From positions 1 to 54,835 of the forward strand of contig CAZPJY010000007.1 of assembly GCA_964587045.1 (NCBI GenBank): DNA of 54,835 nt. Reading direction: 5' to 3'. Below, one piece after another: positions 27,901 to 35,645 of this stretch. How positions within the stretch are numbered: the stretch's first letter is position 1; each line of letters opens with the position of its first letter. The DNA is from an uncultured Methanosarcinales archaeon (GTDB taxonomy: Archaea; Nanobdellota; Nanobdellia; Woesearchaeales; CAZPJY01). The notes under the pieces are model-generated. The model did no database searches and was not told the DNA's origin. It was given only the letters and a program-made list of their open reading frames with translations. Position numbers and translations under genes: made by a program.

Positions 27901-29765
27901 TATTGGGTACAGATACAAGTTTCACATCAACCTTCAACCTATACGAAAACAATTATTTCAACCTGACCATCAACTGCACCGACCTCTCCGACAACTCGAA
28001 CCAGTCGAGCGTCTTCTTCACGATAAACGACACGACAGAACCCATCGTCACAGTAACGAGCGTAGGCGGAGACACGATTCCCAGCAGCGGCAAGTACGAC
28101 ACCACTGACACCACACCAAGCATCCTAATCACGACGAGCGAGCCCTCCGGGTGCAAGCTCGGCAACTACTACGACACATATTACAACATGACGACCAACC
28201 TTGTCAACACGACCGCCACGAGCAAGAGCTATACTTACGGGACGCTGGCGCTCGGCACTTATTATAAGTTCATCCTGTGCTCTGATTACGTGGGTAATAT
28301 CATGTCTGCCCCGACGAACATAACCTGGCGGGTTTACCAGACCTCGAATGACGACGGCGGAAGCAGCAATGACAACGATGACGACACCTCCACAAGTCCC
28401 CCCACACAAATCCTCCCGACAGCCAGGTCGACATCCATCTGGACCAACATTGAGGCTGGTGAGGTCCTATCGATGTATATCTCCAAGACCACCATAGCCG
28501 TGACGCAGGTTGACCTCAAATCCATAACCGCTCACAGCAGCGCCCAGCTGACTGTGGAGGCGCTGTCCTCAAAACCCTCAGGCATGACCACGCCGTCTGG
28601 GGATGGGATCTTCCAATACTTGAAGTTCACCCCATCCGTCATCAGCTCAACAAACACTGAGGACGTCGTGATCAAGTTCCGCGTCACCAAGTCCTGGATG
28701 AACGACAACGACATAGACCGGGACAAGGTGACCATCTGGAGGTGGGACGCAGAGTGGACAGCGCTCACGACCGAGCGCACAGGTTCGGACACCACATACT
28801 ATTATTACAGGTCCGACAGCCCAGGCCTCAGCTATTTCGCCATAACAGCTGACGAGCTGCCGGTGGCAGTGCCAGTAACTACAGGCGCAAACGAGACCAA
28901 CCAGACCAATGCAACAGCGGGGCTTCCTACAGAAGAAACCATCACCATAGATGCGACCGTCGGTGCTGGCGAGAACATAACAGAAGCGCAGAAGCACTGG
29001 GAGAGCCTCACATTCGATCAGAGGATGGAGCTCATCATGTCGCTCGGCTACACCGAGGCCGCCGCCGAGATAATCTCTGAGAATGAATGGGAGGACCTCC
29101 CCAACGACGTCATCGAGGCCGTCCAGCTGAGTTTTGCAGGCGAGCCTGTAGCCGAGAAGAAGGCCAGCCCGCTTTTCATCATTATTCCGACCTTCGTCTT
29201 CATCGCTCTTCTCGTGGTAGTCGGGGTCTTCATCTACGAAAAGAAGTACAAACCCAAAACCAAGCCTAAGAAGGAAGGCGGAGAGGAGAAGGAAGCCCAG
29301 GAGCAAAAGGAAGTCGAGGAGGTCAGCGAGGACGACATAACAGCAATCGAGCATTACGCAGAAGGCGCCCTTGCGCAGGGCTCCACAAAGGATGAGGTCA
29401 GGAGGCAGCTTCTGGCTGTGGGGTGGGATGAAGAGAAGGTGGATATGGTGCTGCACAAGGTTCATGTCCCGCACAACGACCTGGACAAGATTAGACACTT
29501 CGCAGAAGCCAAGCTTGCCCAGGGCAAGTCGCAGGCTGAAATCAGGAAGACTTTACTTGACGTCGGTTGGGAAGAGAACAAGGTCAACATGGTATTGCAT
29601 GACGTCCACATGCCGCACGACGACCTGGACCGCCTTGCAGAGTTCCTCCGCCAAGGCCTAAAAGACGGCAAGAGCGAGGAAGAGCTCACGAAAGCGCTTC
29701 TCTCTGTCGGCTGGGACAAGGACAAGATCATGTTCATACTCGAGAAGGTCAAAAAGAAAGATTAA
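21960..29765 (+). CDS. Giant surface glycoprotein (2601 aa): Ig/FN3-like repeats, beta-helix-like block, PGF-pre-PGF domain, C-terminal TM and three cytoplasmic helical repeats
   Basis: Signal peptide; very dense N-x-S/T sequons; repeated CTAxDDxxLxNVS and WQWTxPETGA units; FQYLKF...KFRVTKSW...SPGLSYFAI; TM LFIIIPTFVFIALLVVVGVFI. Confidence 0.9.
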   Translation: MDSHSQVRQELIFTFLLIIFIGSAAGFTVSILQPQEDAVIFGSYTIIVNITNSSFLNITGVNFTTSGVFSNSNNTIGLEQYSIIWPTLAESDGSYLLNVTAYNSSGSSANNLTLNITIDNTGPNITVNGPANQTNLSYTAMWTWINLTTNEWANCSINGTGFDTTAGTSHLHNLTVSAGNQYLLIENCTDIYENYQFINHEFGINSTPNPDYGPTITNMFPWMSIIANTYNLTFNFTCTANDDLNLTNVSMVSNASGIWTLISTDTNPSNGVPSNLPNTIATDGEYLWTCQATDNNSNTTTYTTNHTLTIETTIPTITTNSPANESVIPNSQNWTWINLTTNEWAVCKVNGTTFNTTSGTSHLHNLSVTPGNEYMLLEKCTDAYGNYKNQTHHFWVNSTPNPDYGPTITNMFPWMSIIANTYNLTFNFTCTANDDLNLTNVSMVSNASGIWTLISTDTNPSNGVPSNLPNTIATDGEYLWTCQATDNNSNTTTYTTNHTLNIDTTPPSLLSNLAVGSYNLTWIYWQWTQPETGATYEAHLNGTLSQINTSSTYINFTGLTPNTSYEISVWSFDSFGNKNTTPVYLTNTTEAAADSTPPFLNNTAHAAHITYAEITWDTDEPSNSLVKYGTQSGNYTMNMSSGGLVTSHIINLTSLTASTTYYYVVNSTDASGNSNESAEYNFTTLVNPCPVPNNSSTWVINGTNSYTCTGSLESLSDINITGNAVLILNGTNLTINDNWLIILEDNASMEWYNLDIASPTNYTNIYLWHNSSFYIYNTTIQTNPYYISSDSYDSSFFSISDSNGSFYVTGLGGFGDSPTLIINNSVLTVGSVGAYGSYTILNSSFSIFSLYSEYNSGISIDSWEEDKSTNLIAQSAYTPFEMYINDSTFSEIRTYCEENSSLNISNSVLSRVTSDGDISLPSTMFIDNVTATYFSVINYGIIDVRNSLFSNPVTIEKGVNITFTETVINNTLSVTQGSRTTANNLTIDQFFDIGEILNSGEAVVSGNITILNDNIGGVFNNQTNLTRNYPITVYNDSGLADNVNITIYLGGTYYFTGLTSNGYIEAGILFNETNYYFKYNISVDGQYAGQLNLTSDTPINLTYDTTPPSQVSNLNVSSMTDTTITWQWTEPETGAFYEVFINGTSENANTSSTFYQFTALTPNTTYTVSVWSYDLSGNKNTTPVNNTNATIAAVPDNNPTVALDFPPNGIVYSASNYTWVNFSCTAYDDYLLTNLSLYTNKTGSWQLYNYTTPENDIQTDFLFIPLPEGVTVWNCLAEDNASQTVWYATNNTIKKDTVLPTITIINPTNLSNLSFAATSTFLNITTSEWANCTVNGTSMPYVSGINHSSSIPVSNGSVYYLEYSCVDGNGNTATAGHVFYTDPVPPDHVPVVSDLGSPASGTQTTSGNVIFNCTAYDDYNLVNVSLHTNSSGWSILNSTDSPSNGSANLFSQALSDGYYLWNCQAWDNSSSSSFYASNSTLLIDSTPPTISLVSLADNYTQNATIVTLDVNASDANGIQNVSVYVGDIATTVPMTYQGPYWIANVTLIEQPVKNIEVIVYDQVGNYAWDNTTTYTIDDASPVITQTNINGTVMRSGTVLSYSVNVSDEDNITLSSVTAEGHSLLWSGTLWTGTGAVDNDGTVNVTVVDQAGNTATHTSTTYTIDNTAPTVQITVANTNKSNPLAANSTTFSANVTDVNNLSTVYYKVDTAAYSSFAGVSGSSYYNSSVLLTLSTIGKHTIYVKAVDIAANLRTSSQIFYNTLPINLTLWEDNLDSSVADITYAHMSYANGTEFNSSQDQYVNESFNLFLNTTAGIEINITDINGIEATWTDGNNQFNVEINNSGVNGTILGLGKEAVYSIYFPDFDNFTNKSNYDAIVVFPGNASAYVGFYYCTNTTFCEEITLACTVFNGTNCYDSQATRTVVYVDGFSGVVATNDSLAPTITIDQPLAITYNSSYQLPLSVSVNENATCGYLLNGYYTILGTDTSFTSTFNLYENNYFNLTINCTDLSDNSNQSSVFFTINDTTEPIVTVTSVGGDTIPSSGKYDTTDTTPSILITTSEPSGCKLGNYYDTYYNMTTNLVNTTATSKSYTYGTLALGTYYKFILCSDYVGNIMSAPTNITWRVYQTSNDDGGSSNDNDDDTSTSPPTQILPTARSTSIWTNIEAGEVLSMYISKTTIAVTQVDLKSITAHSSAQLTVEALSSKPSGMTTPSGDGIFQYLKFTPSVISSTNTEDVVIKFRVTKSWMNDNDIDRDKVTIWRWDAEWTALTTERTGSDTTYYYYRSDSPGLSYFAITADELPVAVPVTTGANETNQTNATAGLPTEETITIDATVGAGENITEAQKHWESLTFDQRMELIMSLGYTEAAAEIISENEWEDLPNDVIEAVQLSFAGEPVAEKKASPLFIIIPTFVFIALLVVVGVFIYEKKYKPKTKPKKEGGEEKEAQEQKEVEEVSEDDITAIEHYAEGALAQGSTKDEVRRQLLAVGWDEEKVDMVLHKVHVPHNDLDKIRHFAEAKLAQGKSQAEIRKTLLDVGWEENKVNMVLHDVHMPHDDLDRLAEFLRQGLKDGKSEEELTKALLSVGWDKDKIMFILEKVKKKD
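22572..23460 (+). repeat. Perfect 313-bp intragenic direct repeat (22572-22884 = 23148-23460), period 576 bp
   Basis: Compared base by base by eye, with no mismatch seen. Confidence 0.9.
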
Positions 29766-29802
29766 AATACATGCTAACTGAGATAATCAAGGAAAGAGGT
29801 GG

Positions 29803-30135
29803 TTGAAAATCTTCAGTATGACTCTAGAGGTTGAGAAGGACTATAACCTTCTGGTCCCGATGAAACCCAGGATGCACTTCCAGGAGTTCATCGATATAGT
29901 AGACAAGGTAAAGAAGATACGGGCTCTCTACTACAGGGAAGCTCCGGAGGAGGAAGAGGCGCCCCCGGCAGAGGAGGAGCCTGTGCTGGACGAGCCTGAG
30001 CCCATAGAGCAAAACGACGAGCTGAAGGAGTACATCAAGCTATGCCTCTCTAAAGGCCTCACACACGAGGAGATCAAGACCATCCTGCTCGACGGCGGAT
30101 GGAATGAGGACGTTGTGAGCAACGCGATGCAATAA
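29803..30135 (+). CDS. Small acidic protein ending in the same G..I..L..GW helical module as the giant protein
   Basis: TTG start after GAGGTG; LKEYIKLCLSKGLTHEEIKTILLDGGWNEDVV. Confidence 0.75.
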   Translation: MKIFSMTLEVEKDYNLLVPMKPRMHFQEFIDIVDKVKKIRALYYREAPEEEEAPPAEEEPVLDEPEPIEQNDELKEYIKLCLSKGLTHEEIKTILLDGGWNEDVVSNAMQ

Positions 30136-30189
30136 TTCCGGGACCTTCGCCCCAACACTTATATTTCTTGAAAGCTTGCGCGTTAATCC

Positions 30190-30522
30190 GTGGAAGAAAG
30201 ACATCTCCTAATGGTTTCTATCCTCGCAGGGACTGCTGGGCTCCTGAGCCTGTTTGCGATTCTGGCAGTGGCCCAACCCGCGCCTTTGCCCACGAGCCTG
30301 AAAGCCGATGATTTCGGGCAGCAGTTCTCCGTTGAGGGGACCGTGCTGAAGGTCGTCCCAGGCGAAAAGGTCAGCATGCTCACCCTGGAGCAGACAAGGC
30401 TCCTCTCCGGAGTCGCGTTCGGAGAGGTCAACGTGACTGAAGGCTCAACGGTCAAGGCGTTCGTGACCGTGGACCGCGATTCAAACGTTTTCGAATTTAT
30501 TGATGTTAAGGGAAAAGTATAA
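30190..30522 (+). CDS. Membrane-anchored OB-fold protein
   Basis: N-terminal TM; GQQFSVEGTV...EGSTVKAFVTV pattern. Confidence 0.6.
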   Translation: MEERHLLMVSILAGTAGLLSLFAILAVAQPAPLPTSLKADDFGQQFSVEGTVLKVVPGEKVSMLTLEQTRLLSGVAFGEVNVTEGSTVKAFVTVDRDSNVFEFIDVKGKV

Positions 30523-30533
30523 ATACCATCTTC

Positions 30534-31751
30534 ATGATTGGGGGGGAGATGAGGCGGGGCCCTGAGACGGCTGTCAGGAAGTGGCTTTCTACTCCCATAT
30601 CAAGGCGCAGATTCCTGGCCAGAGGAGCAGCGACGATTGCAGCACTCGGCGTCGGAGGCTATTTCGTCTTCAGGTCAGCCCCGGCAAACGACACCACCAT
30701 CTTCAGGGGCGACGCTCCCGCAACGCTCGACCAGTTCTCGCTCGAGGCCATGCACTACACGCAGCTCGCCTCGAAGCGTACCCAGTGCTTCGTATGCCCC
30801 CACCTCTGCGTCCTCGAGCCTGAGGACAGGAGCATGTGCAGGGTCAAGGTGAACAAGGATGGCAAGCTGTACACCACAGCCTACGGCAACCCCTGCTCGG
30901 TGCACGTCGATCCAATCGAGAAGAAGCCGCTATTCCACTTCCTGCCCCAGTCGCAGGTGTTTTCGGTGGCCACAGCAGGATGCAACTTCCGCTGCCTCAA
31001 CTGCCAGAACTGGACCATCTCGCAGCGCACACCGCAGGAGGTCGACACCTTCGACCTGAAACCAGACAGGCTGGTGTCCTCTGCGCAGCAGCAGGGCTGC
31101 GCTTCCATCGCCTACACTTATTCTGAGCCCATCGCGTTCTACGAATACATGTACAACTCATCAAAGGCTGCCAGGCAGGCAGGGCTCAGGAACGTCTGGG
31201 TGACGAACGGCTACATCAACTATGACGCCCTCGAGGACCTATCCAACTACCTCGACGCAGCCAACGTCGACCTCAAGGCCTTCGACGACGCGACCTATGC
31301 CAAGCTGACGGCTGGCAGCCTCTCGCCTGTCCTGGACACCCTCAGGACGCTCGACGATAAGGGTGTATGGTTCGAGGTGACGACGCTGATGGTTCCGACC
31401 TACACTGACGATGTGGAGATGGTAAGGGAGATGGCCAGATGGATGGTCAAGAAGATCGGTCCGGACTACCCCCTGCACCTCAGCAGGTTCCAACCGGAAT
31501 ACAAGCTGACCCACCTGCCCTCCACTCCTGTGTCGCTCCTGACCGACTCCAGAAAGGCGGCGATGGAGGAGGGGCTGCACTATGTCTATATAGGGAACGT
31601 CCCAGGGATTGGCGATGCAGAGAACACCTACTGCCCGGGCTGCGGCTCTCTTGTCGTCGAGCGTAAAGGATACCTTGTCCTGCAAAACAGGCTGGAAGGC
31701 TCGCGATGCCCTGACTGCGACACGCTCATCGCTGGCGTGTGGGAAGCGTGA
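30534..31751 (+). CDS. amrS: AmmeMemoRadiSam system radical SAM enzyme with twin-arginine leader (start may be 30549)
   Basis: CFVCPHLC, DPIEKKPLFHFLP, GCNFRCLNCQNW, IAYTYSEP, VTNGY, NVDLKAF, PLHLSRF, YVYIGNV, TYCPGCG; leader SRRRFL. Confidence 0.92.
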   Translation: MIGGEMRRGPETAVRKWLSTPISRRRFLARGAATIAALGVGGYFVFRSAPANDTTIFRGDAPATLDQFSLEAMHYTQLASKRTQCFVCPHLCVLEPEDRSMCRVKVNKDGKLYTTAYGNPCSVHVDPIEKKPLFHFLPQSQVFSVATAGCNFRCLNCQNWTISQRTPQEVDTFDLKPDRLVSSAQQQGCASIAYTYSEPIAFYEYMYNSSKAARQAGLRNVWVTNGYINYDALEDLSNYLDAANVDLKAFDDATYAKLTAGSLSPVLDTLRTLDDKGVWFEVTTLMVPTYTDDVEMVREMARWMVKKIGPDYPLHLSRFQPEYKLTHLPSTPVSLLTDSRKAAMEEGLHYVYIGNVPGIGDAENTYCPGCGSLVVERKGYLVLQNRLEGSRCPDCDTLIAGVWEA

Positions 31752-33834
31752 GTATTCCAAGGCTCAGCAGGTTGAGGCCCGCGATTATCACGCCCACCCA
31801 TACCAGGCCCAGGAGGGGGAAGAGGAAGCCTGCCACCACCAGAGCGCCAACGCTCGCTCCCAGGAAGTCCGCTGAGTAAATGGAGCTTCCTGTCTTCATG
31901 ATGCCCTGATCGCTTGCGAGAGCAGCCAGGGGGAACTCAGCCCCAACGAGGGTTGCCAAGAACACGGTGGTCAGAGGCAGGACCAGCAGCGCCAGCCACT
32001 CAGGCGCCTGCCTCATCCCTATGAGGAGTAAGGGAACTGCCAATGATAGGGCGGCCATCAAGGCCTCGATCGTGATCATATCCCTCCTAGGAGCCTTCGA
32101 GCCCCGCGTGTTGGCCAGATAGGAGCCGATGAGCAGGCCAAGCATGAAGCAGGTCACTATCACCCCCACCATCTGGTAGACGTAGCCGTAGAGCACCTGG
32201 AAGCCGATGATAATCAGGAACTCGAGGGACGCGCCTGCGAAACCTGTGGTGTATATGGCCAGGGGTACAGGTTTGAGCCTCACAGCGAAAAGGACTAGCA
32301 GGCCGACGACCAAGATGAAGGTGATGATTGAAGTCGATGAGAACTGGCTCTTCCACCTGAGGAACTGGTAGAAATAGCCTATGGGGCGAAAGTCGGTGTT
32401 GGGCCTGACCGACGGGTCGATGCTTTTCTCCAAATCCTCCACCCTGTCAGGCGTCAGTATGCCTCTGAGGTAGTTGTCGTTGATGTAGACCGTTCCGATG
32501 CCTCGTTCCGTGAGCAGCTCGCTTATCGAGCTGTTCAGAGGCTCTTCGCTTGCGACGAAGTAGATACTCTCGCCCGGCACCATCATGATGTGGCTGAAGT
32601 GCTCTGTCAGCGCGTTGTACACAGACGATACTGCCTTGCTGGTCTCCTCTCCCAGGTAGTTCTCCGCTCCAGGGAGCGAGAAGCTGAGGACTCCTCCCGG
32701 ATTCAGCCTGCCCGCCGCCTCTGCGAAGAACTCGGAGGAGTAGAACCTGGCCAGCTGCACAGTTGTCGGAGGGGGAAGGTCGACTATTATCAGGTCGTAG
32801 CGCGCGTTTCCCCTGAGGAACTGCCTGCCGTCCGCGTTGTGCACGTCCACCCCTTCGGGCAATTTTGAGAACCTTTCGGCGATCTGCAGCAGGTAAGGGT
32901 CCAGTTCGACGTAATCCACGTGAACACGATATTTTGAAAGCTCGTGCAGTGTTCCTGCTATGCCCCCTGAGATGAGAAGGACGCTTGACATGTTCTGCCT
33001 CTGGACTGCTGCGTAGTGGACAACGGCCTCGTTTTCGGCGACCCGGTTGCTTGAGAAGAGGGGCTGGCCGCTCTCGTAGAAGGTGAGCTCACCGCCGTAG
33101 TTGGCGACGACGATGCTGCCGTAAGGGGAGTCAGCGTTAGCTACGATGTCCCCGGGGTACTGCTTTGAGAGGGTGTCCATCTGCGGGTCTGCCATGACGT
33201 TTGCAGCGACGGCCGCGAGGACCAGCAGGGCCGCGACGGCTGAGTAGGTGAGCATATGCTCCCTTATGGAGATCGCTACCGCTGCTGCGATGTTTATGGC
33301 GAACGCTATGAACAGGATGGTGAAAGGGTTGAAGAGGAAGACGAGCACGAATGAGAAGAGGATTCCGCCCACGATGTCGCCTATGCTGTCTATTAGGTAG
33401 ACCCAGCCCACTCGGCCTTTGGGTTCTGACTTGAAAAGGATCGGGGCGACCACCAGCAGAGCCCCGGATATGAGGCAGTATGGCGCGAGCAGGACCAGGC
33501 TGGTGAGGAACAGCTGCTCCAGCGAGAGCAGAGCGCCAACAGGGAATATCACACCGCGCAGCATGCGGACCGCAAAGAGGGTCAGGACCGGCAGCACAGC
33601 CACTGCCAGCTGTGATGACAGGAGGAATCTGAGCGGCTTCCTGACCTGCCTGCCAAGCAGGCTGCCGGTTCCTGTGAGCAGGAGCCAGTTGGCAAGCACC
33701 ACGCCGAAAGCGAGCTCGTTGCCTGAGAAGACCGTGACGAACTCCCGCATCAGCACGAGCTGGGTGATCAACGAACTGATGCCCAGCGCTGTGATGGAGA
33801 AAAAAACCGTCCCGTTCTTGCGGATGAGCTCCAT
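31726..33834 (-). CDS. Polytopic membrane protein with a central spermidine-synthase-like domain
   Basis: 7 N-terminal TM helices, DSPYG, EAVVHYA, VLLISGG, YVELDP, DGRQFL, YDLIIVD, FYSSEFF, LNPGG, NTDFRP, about 7 C-terminal TM helices. Confidence 0.88.
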   Translation of the reverse strand: MELIRKNGTVFFSITALGISSLITQLVLMREFVTVFSGNELAFGVVLANWLLLTGTGSLLGRQVRKPLRFLLSSQLAVAVLPVLTLFAVRMLRGVIFPVGALLSLEQLFLTSLVLLAPYCLISGALLVVAPILFKSEPKGRVGWVYLIDSIGDIVGGILFSFVLVFLFNPFTILFIAFAINIAAAVAISIREHMLTYSAVAALLVLAAVAANVMADPQMDTLSKQYPGDIVANADSPYGSIVVANYGGELTFYESGQPLFSSNRVAENEAVVHYAAVQRQNMSSVLLISGGIAGTLHELSKYRVHVDYVELDPYLLQIAERFSKLPEGVDVHNADGRQFLRGNARYDLIIVDLPPPTTVQLARFYSSEFFAEAAGRLNPGGVLSFSLPGAENYLGEETSKAVSSVYNALTEHFSHIMMVPGESIYFVASEEPLNSSISELLTERGIGTVYINDNYLRGILTPDRVEDLEKSIDPSVRPNTDFRPIGYFYQFLRWKSQFSSTSIITFILVVGLLVLFAVRLKPVPLAIYTTGFAGASLEFLIIIGFQVLYGYVYQMVGVIVTCFMLGLLIGSYLANTRGSKAPRRDMITIEALMAALSLAVPLLLIGMRQAPEWLALLVLPLTTVFLATLVGAEFPLAALASDQGIMKTGSSIYSADFLGASVGALVVAGFLFPLLGLVWVGVIIAGLNLLSLGILTLPTRQR

Positions 33835-33926
33835 TGAGGATGAAAAGTGGTGCGTGGTATTAATATTTTATCTCCCCAAGATTTAAATAATCCCTGCCCA
33901 TTCCCAACCGGTGAGGAGGGATCGCC

Positions 33927-34952
33927 ATGGAGGACTTATCACGGTACGACAGGCTCGTCAAGCTTGATTCTGTAGGCGAAGGAGGGGTAAGACGCCTCAA
34001 GAACGCCACGGTCACAATAGTAGGTCTAGGAGGGCTCGGCAGCGTCGTCGCGCAGCTCCTGGCGCGCGCAGGTGTCGGGAGGCTCATCCTGATCGATAGG
34101 GATTACGTCGAGGAGGAGAACCTGCACAGGCAGATTCTCTACAACGAGGAGGATGTGGGCCAGCAGAAGGCTTACTCTGCCATGGTGGCCCTCAACAAGA
34201 TCAATTCCGACATAGACATCGAGTCGCACTTCGAGAACCTCGACTACACCAACATCTCAAGGCTGGTCAAGGGCAGCGTGATCGTGGACTGCACGGACAA
34301 CCTGGAGACCAGGTTCCTGATCAACGAGTACGCCAAGAAGAACAACATCCCATGGATCTACGGCGGCGCTGTTACCACCAAGGGCTTCGTGTGGGTAATA
34401 CAGCCCTTCAACATATGTTTCAGGTGCGTCTTCTCCGAATCCAAGAAGGGCAAGTCCTGCAGTGAGGTTGGAGTGCACAGCGCCATCGTGAGCATTGTCG
34501 GGACGCTGCAGGCGAGCGAGGCCTTCAAGCTGATCACAGGCCAGCCTGTCGAGAAGAACCTGCTGCACTTCAACCTGGCTGACAACACCCTGACCAAGAT
34601 AAGGGTGAAGAAGAGCCATCACTGCCCGGTCTGCACAGGAGTTTACGACCGACTCGAGGGCAGGCATGTCTCCGGTCTGGTGAGGTTCTGCGGAGGAAAA
34701 AGGTACATGATAAGGGCGGATTTCGACCTGTACAGGCTCAAGAAGCAGCTCAAAAAGGCTTATGAGATGATTGATTTCGACTCGTCGATAATAGTCATGG
34801 ACCAGGGATCCACCCTTACCATTTTCGACGATGGGCGCGTGCTCATCAAGGCCGAAAACGAGGCCGAGGCTGTGTCTTCTTTCTCGAGAGTCTTCGGTTA
34901 CGAGCCTTCGGAAACTTTAAATACTAGGGAGCACTTCTCCGAGGGACAATGA
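33927..34952 (+). CDS. ThiF/MoeB/E1-like adenylyltransferase with C-terminal extension
   Basis: RYDR, VGLGGLG, DRDYVEEENLHRQ, DCTDN, CFRC, SCSEVGV, CPVC; tail FCG...IFDDGRVLI. Confidence 0.9.
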   Translation: MEDLSRYDRLVKLDSVGEGGVRRLKNATVTIVGLGGLGSVVAQLLARAGVGRLILIDRDYVEEENLHRQILYNEEDVGQQKAYSAMVALNKINSDIDIESHFENLDYTNISRLVKGSVIVDCTDNLETRFLINEYAKKNNIPWIYGGAVTTKGFVWVIQPFNICFRCVFSESKKGKSCSEVGVHSAIVSIVGTLQASEAFKLITGQPVEKNLLHFNLADNTLTKIRVKKSHHCPVCTGVYDRLEGRHVSGLVRFCGGKRYMIRADFDLYRLKKQLKKAYEMIDFDSSIIVMDQGSTLTIFDDGRVLIKAENEAEAVSSFSRVFGYEPSETLNTREHFSEGQ

Positions 34953-35251
34953 AACGAATCGGCACTTCTCGGCGCAAGTCCCGTTACAAGTTCGGGAAGA
35001 ACATAAGGAACCGCGGAAAGGTGAGCCTTTCAAGGTACTTCCAGCAGTTCAAGGAAGGCGATTCCGTGGCTCTCGTGGCCGAGCCGGCAGTCCAAAGGGG
35101 TCTCTACCACCCGAGGTTCCACGGGAGGGTGGCCAAGGTGACGGGCACGAGGGGGAAATGCTATGAGGTCACATTCAAGGAGGACTCGAAGACCAAGACG
35201 GTCATAGTCCACCCGGTGCACCTCAAAAAGATGGAGGGGGGAAAGAAATGA
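34949..35251 (+). CDS. rpl21e: 50S ribosomal protein eL21
   Basis: FKEGDSV, HPRFHGR, IVHPVHLK. Confidence 0.95.
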   Translation: MKRIGTSRRKSRYKFGKNIRNRGKVSLSRYFQQFKEGDSVALVAEPAVQRGLYHPRFHGRVAKVTGTRGKCYEVTFKEDSKTKTVIVHPVHLKKMEGGKK

Positions 35252-35592
35252 GCAATCCGACCATTCTGAACCAGGATCCAGTCATGTTGTCCGAGCTCAA
35301 GGGAACCCTGGGCAAGATAAAGAAGAGGGACAAGGAGCTCAACTTCAGGGCCGGAAAGCTCGAGGAGTACCTAAACGCATTCGTGGGCCTCAAGGAAGCT
35401 GAGGCAAAACAGCTTTTCGAGTCGATTGTAAAGCTGGACGTACCCAGGCTCAAGGAGATCCACATTACCAAGATTGTCGATCTCATGCCAGGCTCGGTAG
35501 AAGAGCTCAAGGGCATTCTGCAGGATTATCCTATCACAGTCAACAACGAGAATCTGAAAAAGATCATCGAAGTTGTCAAGAAATTCTCTTAG
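35248..35592 (+). CDS. rpoF: RNA polymerase subunit Rpo4/RpoF
   Basis: KIVDLMP..VEELK.IL; conserved position between rpl21e and DUF655. Confidence 0.88.
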   Translation: MSNPTILNQDPVMLSELKGTLGKIKKRDKELNFRAGKLEEYLNAFVGLKEAEAKQLFESIVKLDVPRLKEIHITKIVDLMPGSVEELKGILQDYPITVNNENLKKIIEVVKKFS

Positions 35593-35645
35593 ACCCAACG
35601 ATAGGTTTAAATACTAGGAAATAAAAAAATTGTAGGTATCGGGGG

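Noticed and set aside
28647..29498. Long antisense/alternate-frame ORFs (283 aa here; also 41812..42501, 46381..47004, 44397..44990)
   Set aside because: Shadow frames of genes with GC-rich third positions; no motifs or expression signals.
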